Source: an uncultured Nitrospiraceae bacterium
Lineage (GTDB): Bacteria; Nitrospirota; Thermodesulfovibrionia; Thermodesulfovibrionales; Dissulfurispiraceae
DNA length: 64,000 nt
Assembly: GCA_963727805.1 (NCBI GenBank)
Contig: CAVSHF010000003.1
Span: 1,600,001 to 1,664,000 of the forward strand
Reading direction: 5' to 3'
The notes below the pieces were generated by a model that saw only the letters and a list, made by a program, of their open reading frames with translations, did not search any database and was not told the DNA's origin. The first letter of the stretch is position 1. Each line of letters begins with the position of its first letter. This document shows, in pieces, positions 1-12,000 of the stretch. The position numbers were made by a program, and so were the translations under genes.

Positions 1-494
1 ATCCCGCCCTCCTCATCAAGCTGTTTCATAACCTTTTTCCTGACTTCCATCTCCACCATCTTTGTATACCCCGCGAATTTGCTCAGCAGGGAAAGCCTTC
101 CCATGCCGTCACCCCCCGCAAGAATGCTCCTACCGCCTTTCTTGCCGGCAAGTCCGAAAGCGTCGCCCCCAGCCTTTCCCTCTGCATCGAGACCAAGTTT
201 GTCCCCGGCGGGCGTGTTATCATTTTCCGGACCTTTAGGCTGGTCCTGCGGTGCTTCGATAGTCTGTTCAATTTTCTTCTCAACCTGCTTGATCTCCTCC
301 GGCGGTTTTTCCTTTACCGTAACAGGAGGAGGAGGCTTCAATAAGGTCACAGTGGTGACTGAACTCTTTTTATGCGGTCCGTCTTCGGACAAGACCACCT
401 TCACGATATAAACCGCGGCCACCACGAACACAATCATCAGTGCAATGAGGCCCCATGATTGGGGAGCAGACTTTTTATTTGCTGTGTCCGCCAT
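1..494 (-). CDS. TonB-like energy transducer, N-terminal part (runs off window start)
   Basis: Manual translation from ATG at 494: MADTANKKSAPQSWGLIALMIVFVVAAVYIVKVVL...KPPPPVTVKEKPPEE...LGLDAEGKAGGDAFGL. Single TM helix plus Pro/Lys/Glu-rich linker, directly after exbD. Not in ORF track (no stop in window). Confidence 0.8.
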   Translation of the reverse strand, partial: MADTANKKSAPQSWGLIALMIVFVVAAVYIVKVVLSEDGPHKKSSVTTVTLLKPPPPVTVKEKPPEEIKQVEKKIEQTIEAPQDQPKGPENDNTPAGDKLGLDAEGKAGGDAFGLAGKKGGRSILAGGDGMGRLSLLSKFAGYTKMVEMEVRKKVMKQLDEEGG

Positions 495-504
495 GGCCCC
501 CGTG

Positions 505-921
505 TTATTTGACGAGCTTCTGCGTCACGAGCCCGAGCTGGCTGATCTCAAGCTTCTGCAGGATATCCAGGACCTCTATGACGCTTTTGTACGATATCTT
601 TTCATCACCCCGGACCACTACCGGGAAATTAGGGTCCGCTGCCTTATACTGCCGGAGCCTGGCCTCAAGTTCTCCCAGGGTCACCGCAAAACTATCCAGG
701 TAAATTGTCCCCTCGGCGGTAATCGTTATCGCCTTGGTGGTCGGCTTTATCTTACTGACAGCCGCGCTTGCCTTGGGAAGATTGACACTGATCCCTTGTA
801 CAGACGCCGTCACGACGATCATGAACACCAGCAGGAGGTTCCAAGCAAGGTCTAGCATGGGCACTACATTGATCTGATCGTACACTTCATGGTCGCCATA
901 GGGATTTTTTCTCTGGCGCAT
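505..921 (-). CDS. exbD: ExbD/TolR family biopolymer transport protein
   Basis: INVVPMLDLAWNLLLVFMI TM motif and VVVRGD...Y..VIEVLD...LGLVT. Likely start ATG at 921, just after the upstream stop. Confidence 0.9.
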   Translation of the reverse strand: MRQRKNPYGDHEVYDQINVVPMLDLAWNLLLVFMIVVTASVQGISVNLPKASAAVSKIKPTTKAITITAEGTIYLDSFAVTLGELEARLRQYKAADPNFPVVVRGDEKISYKSVIEVLDILQKLEISQLGLVTQKLVK

Positions 922-925
922 AGCT

Positions 926-2722
926 TTAGTCCTCTTCCATCTTGAGGATGAAATCATCCATAAAAACATTCACGTCGGCATTCATATCTTTTATTTTGCT
1001 TGTAATGTAACTGCTGGCAAACAGTGCCGGGATAGCAACCAGGAGGCCCGCCATCGTGCAGGCAAGTGCGGAGGCGACGCCCGGTGCAATGGCCGTAAGA
1101 TTCGCTTCTCCGGCTTCCGCCAGCCCTGCAAAGGTGTTCATAACTCCCCAGACCGTACCCAGCAGACCGAGAAACGGCGCACCTGCGACGCTCATATTCA
1201 AAATGACCATACCTGCTGACAGCTTTCTGCTTTCATACATGGCCTCCTTCTCGAGGGCTGCCTTGAAACTGTTCATAACCCTGTCGGAAAGCCCGTCTCC
1301 TACTTTGCATTGTCCACCTTTCCTCTTCATGCAAATATTCAATTCCTCGCAACCTGCTTTATAGACCCTATAGAGCGACGATGTTGTAAAATCCTCCTCT
1401 TTTTCGAACAGGGCCATAGGATTCTCAAGACTGCGAAAGGACTCTGAAAAAACTTCGTTTCCCTTTCTGGACTGTCGGAGCATTACGACCTTCTGCTTCA
1501 AAATATACAGGGACGTACACCCCATTAGGAACAGGAACCCTATTATCAGCCATCCATCGAGAGTGATAGTCCGGATAATGACCTTCATGAGCTGGATAGT
1601 CAGTGATTCGCCGCCGCTTCCACCACCGGACTCTTCCTCAAGAACTGAGGTTAGGACGCCGTCAGGTCCCTGGCTCTGGACCGCCTCTTTCAGCCAGGCG
1701 GCCGATCTGACGGTATTAGATAACTCAACCTCATCTAGGTCGCCTGTGAAAATATTGCCGCCTTTCGCGGATGCACCGATAATAATGTCGGCGGAGGGCG
1801 CCGGGACAGTCGCCTTGATCTTGAGTGATGCAGCCTCATTACCGTCGATATACAAGGTGACTTGCTTGTCCGGTTCAACTGTCACTGCAAGATTATACCA
1901 GCGCGTGGGTTTTAATGCCGACGTTTTCGGGGTAGTCATCACATGCCCTTTCCCCGTGCTGAGCGAACAATATGCCTTTGCCTCGTCAAGGCCGATCACT
2001 ATGGAATGGCTCCCATCGTCCCAAGAAAAAATATGATCATTGCCTAAGGACTGGTTGAAACGGATCCAGGAGGAGAAGGTAAACCCTTTGGCAAAATTAA
2101 GTGATGTCGCCCTTGCAATCGTCATCTGCTGGCCTGAACCCCCAAACTGGGCGCCGTTGCCTACTACCGCCGGCAGACCTAGCTTGCCCGAAAAAGAAGC
2201 CGCATGGTTGCCATAAGCCGTCGCATCCTTTGGATTGCCGTCTTTCTCCCCAAAGTGGTAGACTGCCACTTGGTTGACATCATACGTGCCGCCACTCTCC
2301 TGACCATCCGGTGCAGCAGGGTTGCCGTAATACATCCAGATGGAATCCTGATTAGCCCCACCGGTTATCCGGGGAACCTTGACCCATACCAGCGCAATCT
2401 CCTCCTTAGCATCGAACTTCTCTATGTGATACTTAAGAGGGGACTTGTCGTCGGCGCTGACAAACCGCAGATCCGCCCCGTCAGACTTGGCATTGGAAAA
2501 TGTGAAATTGCCCGTATGCAAACGTACGAGCACCGGCACGTCGGTGAGGTTTTCCTTGATATCGGCAGCCTTGGGCGAGGCATCAAACTGGACCTTCTTC
2601 CGTTGTTTCCACTTTCCGTCCCACCAGGCATGCGCACTCGGAACTGGCACACTCATGAAGAAGACTAATCCCATGATCGCCACTACAATCTTTGTTAAAA
2701 AATTTCGCCCGTTTATTTGCAC
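926..2722 (-). CDS. DUF2341 + LamG/concanavalin-like + MotA/TolQ/ExbB proton channel fusion
   Basis: Signal peptide; AWWDGKWKQR...DGADLRF...VWVKVP...MYYGNP (DUF2341); LamG-like FTFSSW...LYIDG...GDLDE; C-terminal APFLGLLGTVWGVM...IAPGVASALACT.AGLLVAIPA. Confidence 0.9.
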   Translation of the reverse strand: MQINGRNFLTKIVVAIMGLVFFMSVPVPSAHAWWDGKWKQRKKVQFDASPKAADIKENLTDVPVLVRLHTGNFTFSNAKSDGADLRFVSADDKSPLKYHIEKFDAKEEIALVWVKVPRITGGANQDSIWMYYGNPAAPDGQESGGTYDVNQVAVYHFGEKDGNPKDATAYGNHAASFSGKLGLPAVVGNGAQFGGSGQQMTIARATSLNFAKGFTFSSWIRFNQSLGNDHIFSWDDGSHSIVIGLDEAKAYCSLSTGKGHVMTTPKTSALKPTRWYNLAVTVEPDKQVTLYIDGNEAASLKIKATVPAPSADIIIGASAKGGNIFTGDLDEVELSNTVRSAAWLKEAVQSQGPDGVLTSVLEEESGGGSGGESLTIQLMKVIIRTITLDGWLIIGFLFLMGCTSLYILKQKVVMLRQSRKGNEVFSESFRSLENPMALFEKEEDFTTSSLYRVYKAGCEELNICMKRKGGQCKVGDGLSDRVMNSFKAALEKEAMYESRKLSAGMVILNMSVAGAPFLGLLGTVWGVMNTFAGLAEAGEANLTAIAPGVASALACTMAGLLVAIPALFASSYITSKIKDMNADVNVFMDDFILKMEED

Positions 2723-2783
2723 GATCTTTCTTTCTGCCTCCCTTGCCTAAAATACAGAATAGCAAACACTAAATGAATGGCTT

Positions 2784-2828
2784 ATTTTACAACTTCATTT
2801 GTTACAGCAATATTACGCAACCCTGACT
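2784..2828 (-). promoter_or_regulatory. Pho-box-like array and -10 for DUF2341-exbB-exbD-tonB
   Basis: Plus-strand GTTACA 2801, ATTACG 2812, CTGACT 2823 (11-bp period); -10 TAAAAT (rc of 2784-2789). Confidence 0.6.
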
Positions 2829-3030
2829 TCCACAAACCCTTGCATTACTTACCTAACAAATACCGCGTTCTATTTGTTCTATATAGTTTGTAAGATAATG
2901 TGTCTGCTTAGTTCAATAACTCGGGCAACAATAACTGAAGCCGGATCAACTAAGGCAGGAAGAGTTATAAGACACGTATTCAGAATGAGCGTCTTCAAGA
3001 GAATTCCCCCGGCAATTGCGGATTGTCAGG

Positions 3031-6000
3031 TTAGAATTGAGATTGCGAGCCCGAATCCTGACTGTCCAGAATAAAATCGATGACCTTTACGTCAAGCCAC
3101 TTCATCAGTGTATCATCTATCATCTGGTCTGTCTGTGCCTTTCTTCCGCCAATAGCACCGCTTGCATCACTCATTGCCTGACTGCTCTGGGTCGCGCTAT
3201 TCGTACCCGACAGAGCACCGATTGAAGTCGATGCCGATGCTGTCTGTGGCACTCCGGCAACGATACCGGAGGCGACAATGTTGCTTGCATTCACTACACC
3301 GACTTCAGCCCCTATAAAAATATTTCCTCCGGCAATCCCAGCCTCTCCGGCATCGATTATGCCTTTAGCATAAAGATGGATATCACCGGGCAAAGCGTAT
3401 CCGTAGGTCACAGCCCTGATTCCGCTTCCAATGGAAGGAGCAGAAAACTTACCGTTACTGGGTGGAGACGCGCTGACCGTAGTCTTCGACCCTCTGCCAG
3501 CATTGATGCTTCCGGTGTCGCTCCATACTGTTATATCGCCGCCGTCAAAAGTCATCAGCCGCGATTCCTGAACGTTGACATCCTTAACGGCAAATATGTT
3601 GATAGCGCCTCCGCTGCCAGTAGCAATACCGTTTGTCGGGCTTATTGTGGCGGTTGCGCTGGGTATGGCTGTCTTGCCCAGGTTCAGGGTGCCGGCGGCA
3701 AGAATATAGATATCGGAAGCGGTGATCGAAGTCATGATCTGGGATGACGTCATATCGATGTTGCCACTGCCCGACAAAGCCCCTTGGAAGAATGGGCCTA
3801 TGATCGCGGCCCTGGCTGTATCAATATAGCTGACATCCTTTGTCTGGCTATAGTTGTCTATGGCGCTACGCAGTGTGCTAAAGAAGCTGCTCACGTCGGT
3901 TATATTCTTATTTAATGAATATCCCGCCGCAAGGATAAGATACCCGTTATCCGCCGGAAGAGCATTATTGGTGCCGTTTCCGTTCATTTGGATCCCGTTT
4001 TGCAATGACCCCAGATCGATTGATCCTCCAGCCTCTACCATGAAGCCCCCAGGTCCGCTCTGAAGAATACCCGATGCTGCCAAAGAATTTGCGCTGTTCT
4101 GATTTGCCAAGGCGTGAGGAATTGCAATATTGCCATTTGCTCTAATCCAAGATACGTCTTGATTACTAATGTTCTGGCCCGTATACACAAAATTGTTGAT
4201 ATCCCCACCGGCGGTTATCTCCGCCTGTTTAGGCAAATAAAGGTCCAGGTACTGAATGTTTCCGCCTGCACTGATCAATATTGGCTGATCATCGTTCTGG
4301 TGCAGGATATACCCTATATTCGCAATTTGGTCCCTAGCCTTATAATAGCCATGGGCTGTTTCGTCACCAGTGAACTGACCAATATAAGTATCGTTGCCTT
4401 CCGCGTTGAAAAGCACGCTGGCGTATGTAGGATTAATGTGAGTTTCAACTTGGTACGATGCCGTAATGAAGGTGCCGTACCAATAACTGGGAGGGAGATC
4501 GGACATCACAATTTTAGTCTGATAAAGTGTTGAACCGGTGATAGTGCCACCGGCAGAAAGGTTCAGGTTCCCCAAAGGTGACGACGCAAGCAATAATGAA
4601 TCAGTTAACAGATATATATTGCCGCCCATTGCGTCTATCTTCACGCTGGCGGGCAGGACACTCTCGACTTGTGTTGCTAGATAGTTTGAACCACCCAGAG
4701 TTTGTCCGCGGTACGCAACATCATAAATAGGCGAATGAGCAGTATACGTCACATCGTTGCCAGCCATCAGACTAATGCTCGAATCCTCAGAGTACGTGCA
4801 ACCTATAACAGCAGATCTCGATATAGTAGTACCCAATACCTTAGGAACGTCCAGTTTGTTGCTGGCAAGGGTCGGATTCACCACAGCCCCCACAAGGGCA
4901 TCCCCTGCCGCAGTTACGGAAAATTTGCTGCCCAGGAGTTCGATCTGTGGGGTCTCAGCGGGAAGAAACTGGTTCAATCGTCCGAAGTTCCCCTTGGCAC
5001 TGAGCTGTCCCTGCCCATTAGCGTTCACAAACCGGCCAGTGATATCCCCGCCAGAATATACTACGAGGTTGCCAACACCGAATGTCCCTGTCTGGGCCAG
5101 GAAATCCCCTCCGGTAAAGATTCGGACATTGCCCCCAGCCATAGTTACAATGCCTGCCGTGCCGTTAACATAGTCGGCAGTGAATTTAGTATCATACCCC
5201 GCTAACAAAATACTGTTTTGGATATTTGTGCCACCGCGAGCTAGACTTTGTTGTTTTACAGGCACGGTGAATATTGTGAAATCGTCCCATTGGTAATTGC
5301 TGGAACTGCCGATGGCTGTCGCCCATTGGCTATGTACTTGGTCATATGTTCCCGCATTGCCTCCCACACTTATATTGATATCGCCACCGCTCTGATACCT
5401 CCAGTAGTATTGTGCGGCACTGCTAAGGTAAGAGACTGACAGGTTAGTGCCTCTGCTTGTTGCCGACGCGAGCAGCGTGCAGCCGTTCGGGTTGCCGCAG
5501 TTTATGGCAGCGATTGGTCTGGGAACATCACTATTAGTTTCTTGTATGACGGGTAAATTCCGCAATATGCCATTCTGCAGATTGTCCATCTTCGGATCAC
5601 TGGCGTCAACGCCGATGAGTACAGATGTGTCCAGCAATTCGCCGGTTGTGCGGATGGCTCCCAGAGTGGGAGCACTACCGATGGCGGCGATGCCAGTCTG
5701 CAATTGCAGGTCACGCCCAACATTGATATTGATAGCGCCTGTAGCTGTCTGGATAGCCCCGGTAACTACAAGGTCTCGTCCCACATCGCCCTGGATTGCA
5801 CCGCTGAAGGAAGCCAAATTATAAACCATGTTGAAAGCAGTGGTCTGTCCATTGGTAATGATAGAATTCGGATCAATCATATACCCAGGAGTATTGCCCA
5901 CGGTTTGTCCGCTGCCTGGGTTGATCGGATCGATAACCGTGTCGCGAGCAGACGAGAAACGGATAGGGGCGTTTTCAGTATAGACTACAGTATTATTGGC

Positions 6001-9000
6001 AATGGTCAGGTCCCCGTTGAGCAAGTTTCCAGCTGCTCTTGTTGTTACGGCCATATAGTTTGCGCTTTTGATGTCGGCTCCTGCCACCAGGTTAAAACCC
6101 CATGTCCTGACTAAAGGGTTAGAGACAATAGGAGCATCATTATTAATATTAGTATATGTATAAGCATCAATGAGATTCTGCTGAATATTGAGGTTCCCGG
6201 CTGCACGGAGGGTCAGCACGCCGGGGGCAGGGGCAGTGGCGCTGCCATACTTGATGTTCGACAAATCAATAATTCTATCTACAGCAATGTCGCCCTGAGT
6301 GTTAATAACTTCGATTTCGGGAAGAATATAGAAAGGATTAGTAGTGGGCACTGCACTCGTGTAATTAGTATAGAATGTTGACGCATTAGAAAGCCACGTG
6401 CTAAAAACAGTCCAGTTAGAGGAGATAGAAAAGTTACCGCTAGAATCTACCAAGTTCAAGTTAGCAACATTATAACTCTCAACGGCCTCAATATTGACCG
6501 CTTTTGCGCCCTTGATGTTCCCGCCATTCAGCTTTATATTCACATTACCGGTATCAGTACGTTGTGCCCTAATATTTACAGTTCCAACAGAAACTCCAGT
6601 TGGTCCGCCACCAACATTAATCGTCCCACCGTTGATATTGACAAAGCCCTGAGAAGAGCTCAGGGTAACGGTACCGCCCAGTGAGCCTTCAGCTGTAGAA
6701 GAGGCGTTGACCAAACCACCTGACTGAATATTTAGATCGTTCATAGCATAAAGTTCAACGTTGCCACCGCTAGCTGAAGATGCATCGATAGTGCCGCTTA
6801 CATTAATGTACCCAGTGAGATTGCCATTTGCATCCTTTGCGGCACCATCTGCCGTCAATTTGACATTGTTCGCAGTCAGCGTCTGATTGGCTACATCAAT
6901 GTTCCCTGTGCGTGTCCTAATGCCAACAGATTCTGTAAACTTGCCGACGCTGAGCATAGTGATGAGATTCGCCATTTCTGGATCCCCAATCACAGACGTA
7001 TCGATCGTAAAAGATCCGCCTTTTCCTCCATTAGGTGCTCCGTTTAATGACCCTGCAAGAGTAACTCCACCAATAGGCGCCGACACGATGATAGACCCGG
7101 AGTCGCCCTGGGCGCCTGCTGCAACGTCGATCACGGACCCCGAGTCCAGAGCAATGGAACCACTGTCGGTCTGCATGGTGACCTGACCTCCAGGAGCATT
7201 GTCGGTTCCTACCGTATCAGACGTATGGCCACTTGTGCCGCCAGCAAGTATCGCAGCCTTCCCGCCAAGGTGAATGTTGCCCATTGCATTGAAATCGACT
7301 GTGCCACCATTCGATTGTATGACCGTTCCGATATTTAAAGACATACCGTAGAATTTCAGCTCACCTCCGGAAGTAGGGCCCGTACCAGCTGCTGCGCCAG
7401 AGGGGGAAGCATTGATTGCTATATTACCGACGGGGTTCAGTACCGAACTGGCAGTATTCTGCCCGCAATGTCCCCCGCTATCGCAAAAGTAATTGTCGCC
7501 GGTATATACCACAAAATTGGTCGGCACGATAAGGTTCGTAGAAATCTTTTCAGTGCCCGTCCAGGTTTGCACGCTGCCCTGTGTGTACGATTGTGCACTT
7601 GCAGTCACAACGCGGGCTGCTGCGATATTGAGATCGGCGTTCCCCGTCGTCAGACTTCCTTTCCCAGTTAAGACCAAGTCTCCATTGCTATTGAGTGCGA
7701 TCGATTTAAAATGGGCAAACAACAAATCACTGCTTATTACGCCTGTAGTTACAGGATTGTACGCAACGCCACCGATTGAGATAGTATCAACAGCGTCGGC
7801 TGTGAATGTACCCGAATTGCTCGTATTGAGCATCTTCGCCGACGCTGTCCCCGAATTTCTTATATTGACAGCGGCAGCAGATAGCGTTACATTCGCAGCG
7901 CTTGCGCTTCCGGAAGGCCCTGCAGCCCAGTCAAAGTCGTCAATTACTGTCGCGTCTAGCGTAATACTACGCAATGTAGTGCCGTTTGTAGCCGAAAGAC
8001 TTGTCCCTTGAGGCCCCCAATTGTCCTGAAAATATATTCCGGTTGGCACCGCAGTGCCGGCCACAGCATTCAAAGAATTGCTTTGGAGGGTAATATCCGT
8101 AAATCCGAGCTGCATAAGCGTATTCCATAAATTACCGTCCAGGTAAAGACCGCCTAATGCAGGATTATTGCCCCCAACATATATAGCGGAACTCGCAATA
8201 GTAATGGCGCCGCTGATGGTACTCAGCTGCCCATTTATTATAAGATTGCCGGTATTGATGCCAAAGGTCTGGTCGGCTTGCAGCTTGGCGCCCGCATCAA
8301 TCTGTGTAATTCCACGCGACGATGTTATCAGGTCTATTTCTCCCGTACCATTCGTCTTGGCAATGAGCTGAGCACCGCCCTGCACTTCTATCTGTTGTTG
8401 CGCAGCTAGTTTTATGACCCCGGCCTGCAGCAACGACCCCGCAAGGATTGTTACATACTTGGTATTCTTCCCGTTATTATTAGTCGGATCGCTGGCATCA
8501 ATATACCCTAAATCTATTTCCTGGAACCCGTTTTCTGAAAGACTCTTGTCAGACACGATCATGTATTGCTTCGAGCCCGGCACAGAGGGGTCATCCGGGA
8601 TACGGCTGTCGTTGAAATGAAAATCCGCAGGCAGTGATGAAGAAAAATTCGCTGAAGGCTCAACATAGACACTGCCATTACTTGAGCTGAGTGTAATTTT
8701 CCCGCCGCTAAAGCCTGCAAGAGGAGCTGCAGATAAGGCGCCATTTATAATAACCGTCTTCGCATTAGTGCCAAATGTGATGCTTCCTCCATCGCCCGAA
8801 ACCAGAGGGTTAGCGCCCGATGTCAAAGAATTGGTAGATGTTGCCGAAGGCGGCACAAGATAATTTCCCTCCTGGGCCAGCACATCAGCAGCTGACCTCA
8901 CACTGAAAACGACAGGCTTAGTGCTGACTATCGACGTATCAGCTATGCTGGTCTGCCCGACGATAAGGGGATACCCGTTCGTTGATACAGCGCCATTTAC

Positions 9001-12000
9001 CGGCAACGTTGAACCCGACTGGACTTCCAGTATATACGCTCCGGGCAAAAAGGCATAACGAGCATTTTGAGCAGAACCAAGAGGGATCATAGAGTAGTAA
9101 CCAGCAGCGAGTCCTCCAACACCTGATGGGAAATAGACCTCCGTTCCCGGCTGCTGAAACCCATTGTCCTTAAAAACAACATAGCGGTTGGTCTTAAGTA
9201 AAGGATCGTTAGTCCCGTTGAGGCCGGCCTGGAACTGAGCAGCATAGAGCGACCCGCCACCCTGCACGTCGACCTTTGCATCAGACATTATAATGGTTTT
9301 TCCTGCATTGAAAGTGACGCCTTTGGAGATCTGTTGGTACGGCGTTGCATTGCCGGAGCAGTTGCCGCCGTCACTGCAAAGAATTGCGTTGATAAGTGTA
9401 GGATCCATTTGGTACTGTGTAGCTTCTCTGGAAATATCACTGGCAGGCTTATATGGATCGACCCAGGCCCACTGACCATTGGAATCAACGACACCGTATT
9501 GGATCGGGATGATGCCGCTTGTCGTTAACAGAGAGCCAGCTCCAAGATAGATCATCTGGTCCGTGCCGGCGTTAAGCGTGATAGTCCCCATAGGGGCAGC
9601 CAGAGTTCCTCCCTCTATATCGATCCCGCCCTTGTCGGAGGTAACAGTCAGAGCTCCGGCGGCCGAATAGATAGGTCCTCCAACCGGCGTTTTGCTGGGC
9701 ATTATCTTGATGTCATTTGCGGCCTCGATAGTAAAGATTGAGTACACGCCTGGACACCATGTGATCGTCCCTGCCGCGGTACGCTCATACACATCGCCGG
9801 GATATATACGGTCGGCGGACAACGTCAGACTGCCGCCGGTGAATAATTGCCCAATCGTAGAAACACCCGAAGGCAATCCGACATAATTTACTGAGTTCAA
9901 GCGAATGTCCCGTGCCGCATCAAGCATGACATTACGAAAACCGCTGAACTGTACGCTGCCGATGACATCAATCCATCCAGTACTGGTGAGAGAAATGTCA
10001 GCTGTTGGGGAAGCTGTTGTCATATTCAATGTTGTCGGCAGATCCGTATTGGCCAAGACTATCCACGGTGCCTGAAGCGCTACGCTGCCCGCTCCCTCGA
10101 TAACATGGGCGTCGAGCGTCAGCTTCCTTCCCACAGTTGCACTCATGGCGTTTAGTGTCAGCGTGCCACGACTGACAAGAGAGATATCATCAAAGCCGGA
10201 TGTTGTATATCGCTGCATATCGATGCCACTTACGTCCATGTCGGTAAGATTAGTGATAGAGAGTTTTCCGCCCTGCAAGCCTGCCATCTTAGGATGAGCA
10301 TTAATTGTAGCTGTCAAATTGGCCGCACCGCTCGAATCGTATGTCAGATAAATGCTGCCAGGTTGTCCGGCATTCGTATATTTATAATAGTAAGAAGCAT
10401 TCGCATTCTGGGAGGACTGTGCAATAACATTCTGGACCGGACTCGATCCTGAGATATCAATGAACGACCCGTCGCTCATTGTCAGTGTCCCAGTCGTAAT
10501 GGAAACCGTTCCACCGTTAACCGGGATATAGTTTACGGGAAACCCCTTCAGCGGGGATGACCGATCAGGCTGGTTGTACCCCCCGGCCAATATACTGGCG
10601 CTGCTTCCAATCCGAAGGCTTCCGTTCACTGTCATAGTGATGTTTCCACTCAGCGATTCCAGAGTACCGTCAATATCTAGGTTATCAGGTGAAGCAAGTG
10701 TAATTGTTGAAGGTATGCTTGACGACGCTGGAGTGGGAGTTGTGCGTATAACAACTCCTGAAGAAACCGTTAGTTTCGCAGCAGGATTTCCCAATTTCCC
10801 GTATGCTCGCAGATGGTTCTGATATTGCGATCCGGTCGCAGGATCAAAATAAGAACCGTCAGGGTCCTTAGAAGCAGTCGCGCTAAAGGAGGACTGACCG
10901 GCCATATATGCGGTACTATCGTCAAGTCCATTAAGTCGAATGAGGTCTGGACGGCCGGCGCTACCAACAGACTGTCCGGTACCGAAGGCCGAGCCGCTCT
11001 GCCCGGTAGACAACGGATTATTCAGTCTCACCATGGATGGGGCAATGGTCGTGTTAGGATCTATAATAACAAATCCACCTGCATTAAGCGTGATCCTGGT
11101 AAAGCCCGCATCATCAAACCGGTTACCGGCAAGAAAGAATGTTACTGCGTTTGGATCCTGCATGTCCTGAGGAAGCGGCAAATACGCGCCAAAATCAGAC
11201 CGCTCAGCAGGCGTTGTTGTTGTCACCTCAATATTATGAGATTGCAGCGTTATAGATCCTCCCAAATACTTTCCTGTTGTATCGGCCAAGGCGTATCCAC
11301 GCAGATCGCCGTCAAGCATTAAAGTGTATCCCTGGATGGCCAAGTTTCCTGCATTGCCGCCAGTTACCTTGTACTTGGGGCTTATAATGTAGCCACCGCT
11401 AACATCAACAACAGCCCCGCTCTCTATAAAGACTCCTGCGCCAGCATCTGTTTCGTCCTTGATAGCTATGTTCCCACCGCTGATCTGTCCGGAACTCACG
11501 ATAGCTTTGTTTCCGTTTCCGGCCGGACTGTTATCGATCTTTTGCCCGGATACATCCAGAACGCTCCTCCCGCCGAGAATGATTCGCTGATCAGGCGGAT
11601 TGCTCGCACCATTCTCCCCAATGATCAAAGAAATAGAACCGGAGGGGACTGTAATGTCCCCTTGGTGTTCAATCCTGCGGGCTTCGGCTGAAAAACTACC
11701 GCCAGGCTGCAGATTAATACTTACGTTCGGCGCTGTCATGATGGTCGATAACGCCAGAAGATTAATCGTCCCGAGTTTAGCTTCGTTCAGAGTCCCAGCG
11801 GAAATTATGGTGGTACCTGAACTCAGTTGTGCAGCGATCGACGTTTCTGAAGCATCCGGAACAATGGAAATCGAAGTTGGCGCATATACTGAAGTCAGAC
11901 TCTGACTACCGATCGTCAATGTTCCAGAATGAGGAACCTCAAGTCCGCGAATCCATGAACACATCAAATCGTCATTGTCTGAAATCGGAGATGTTGAGGG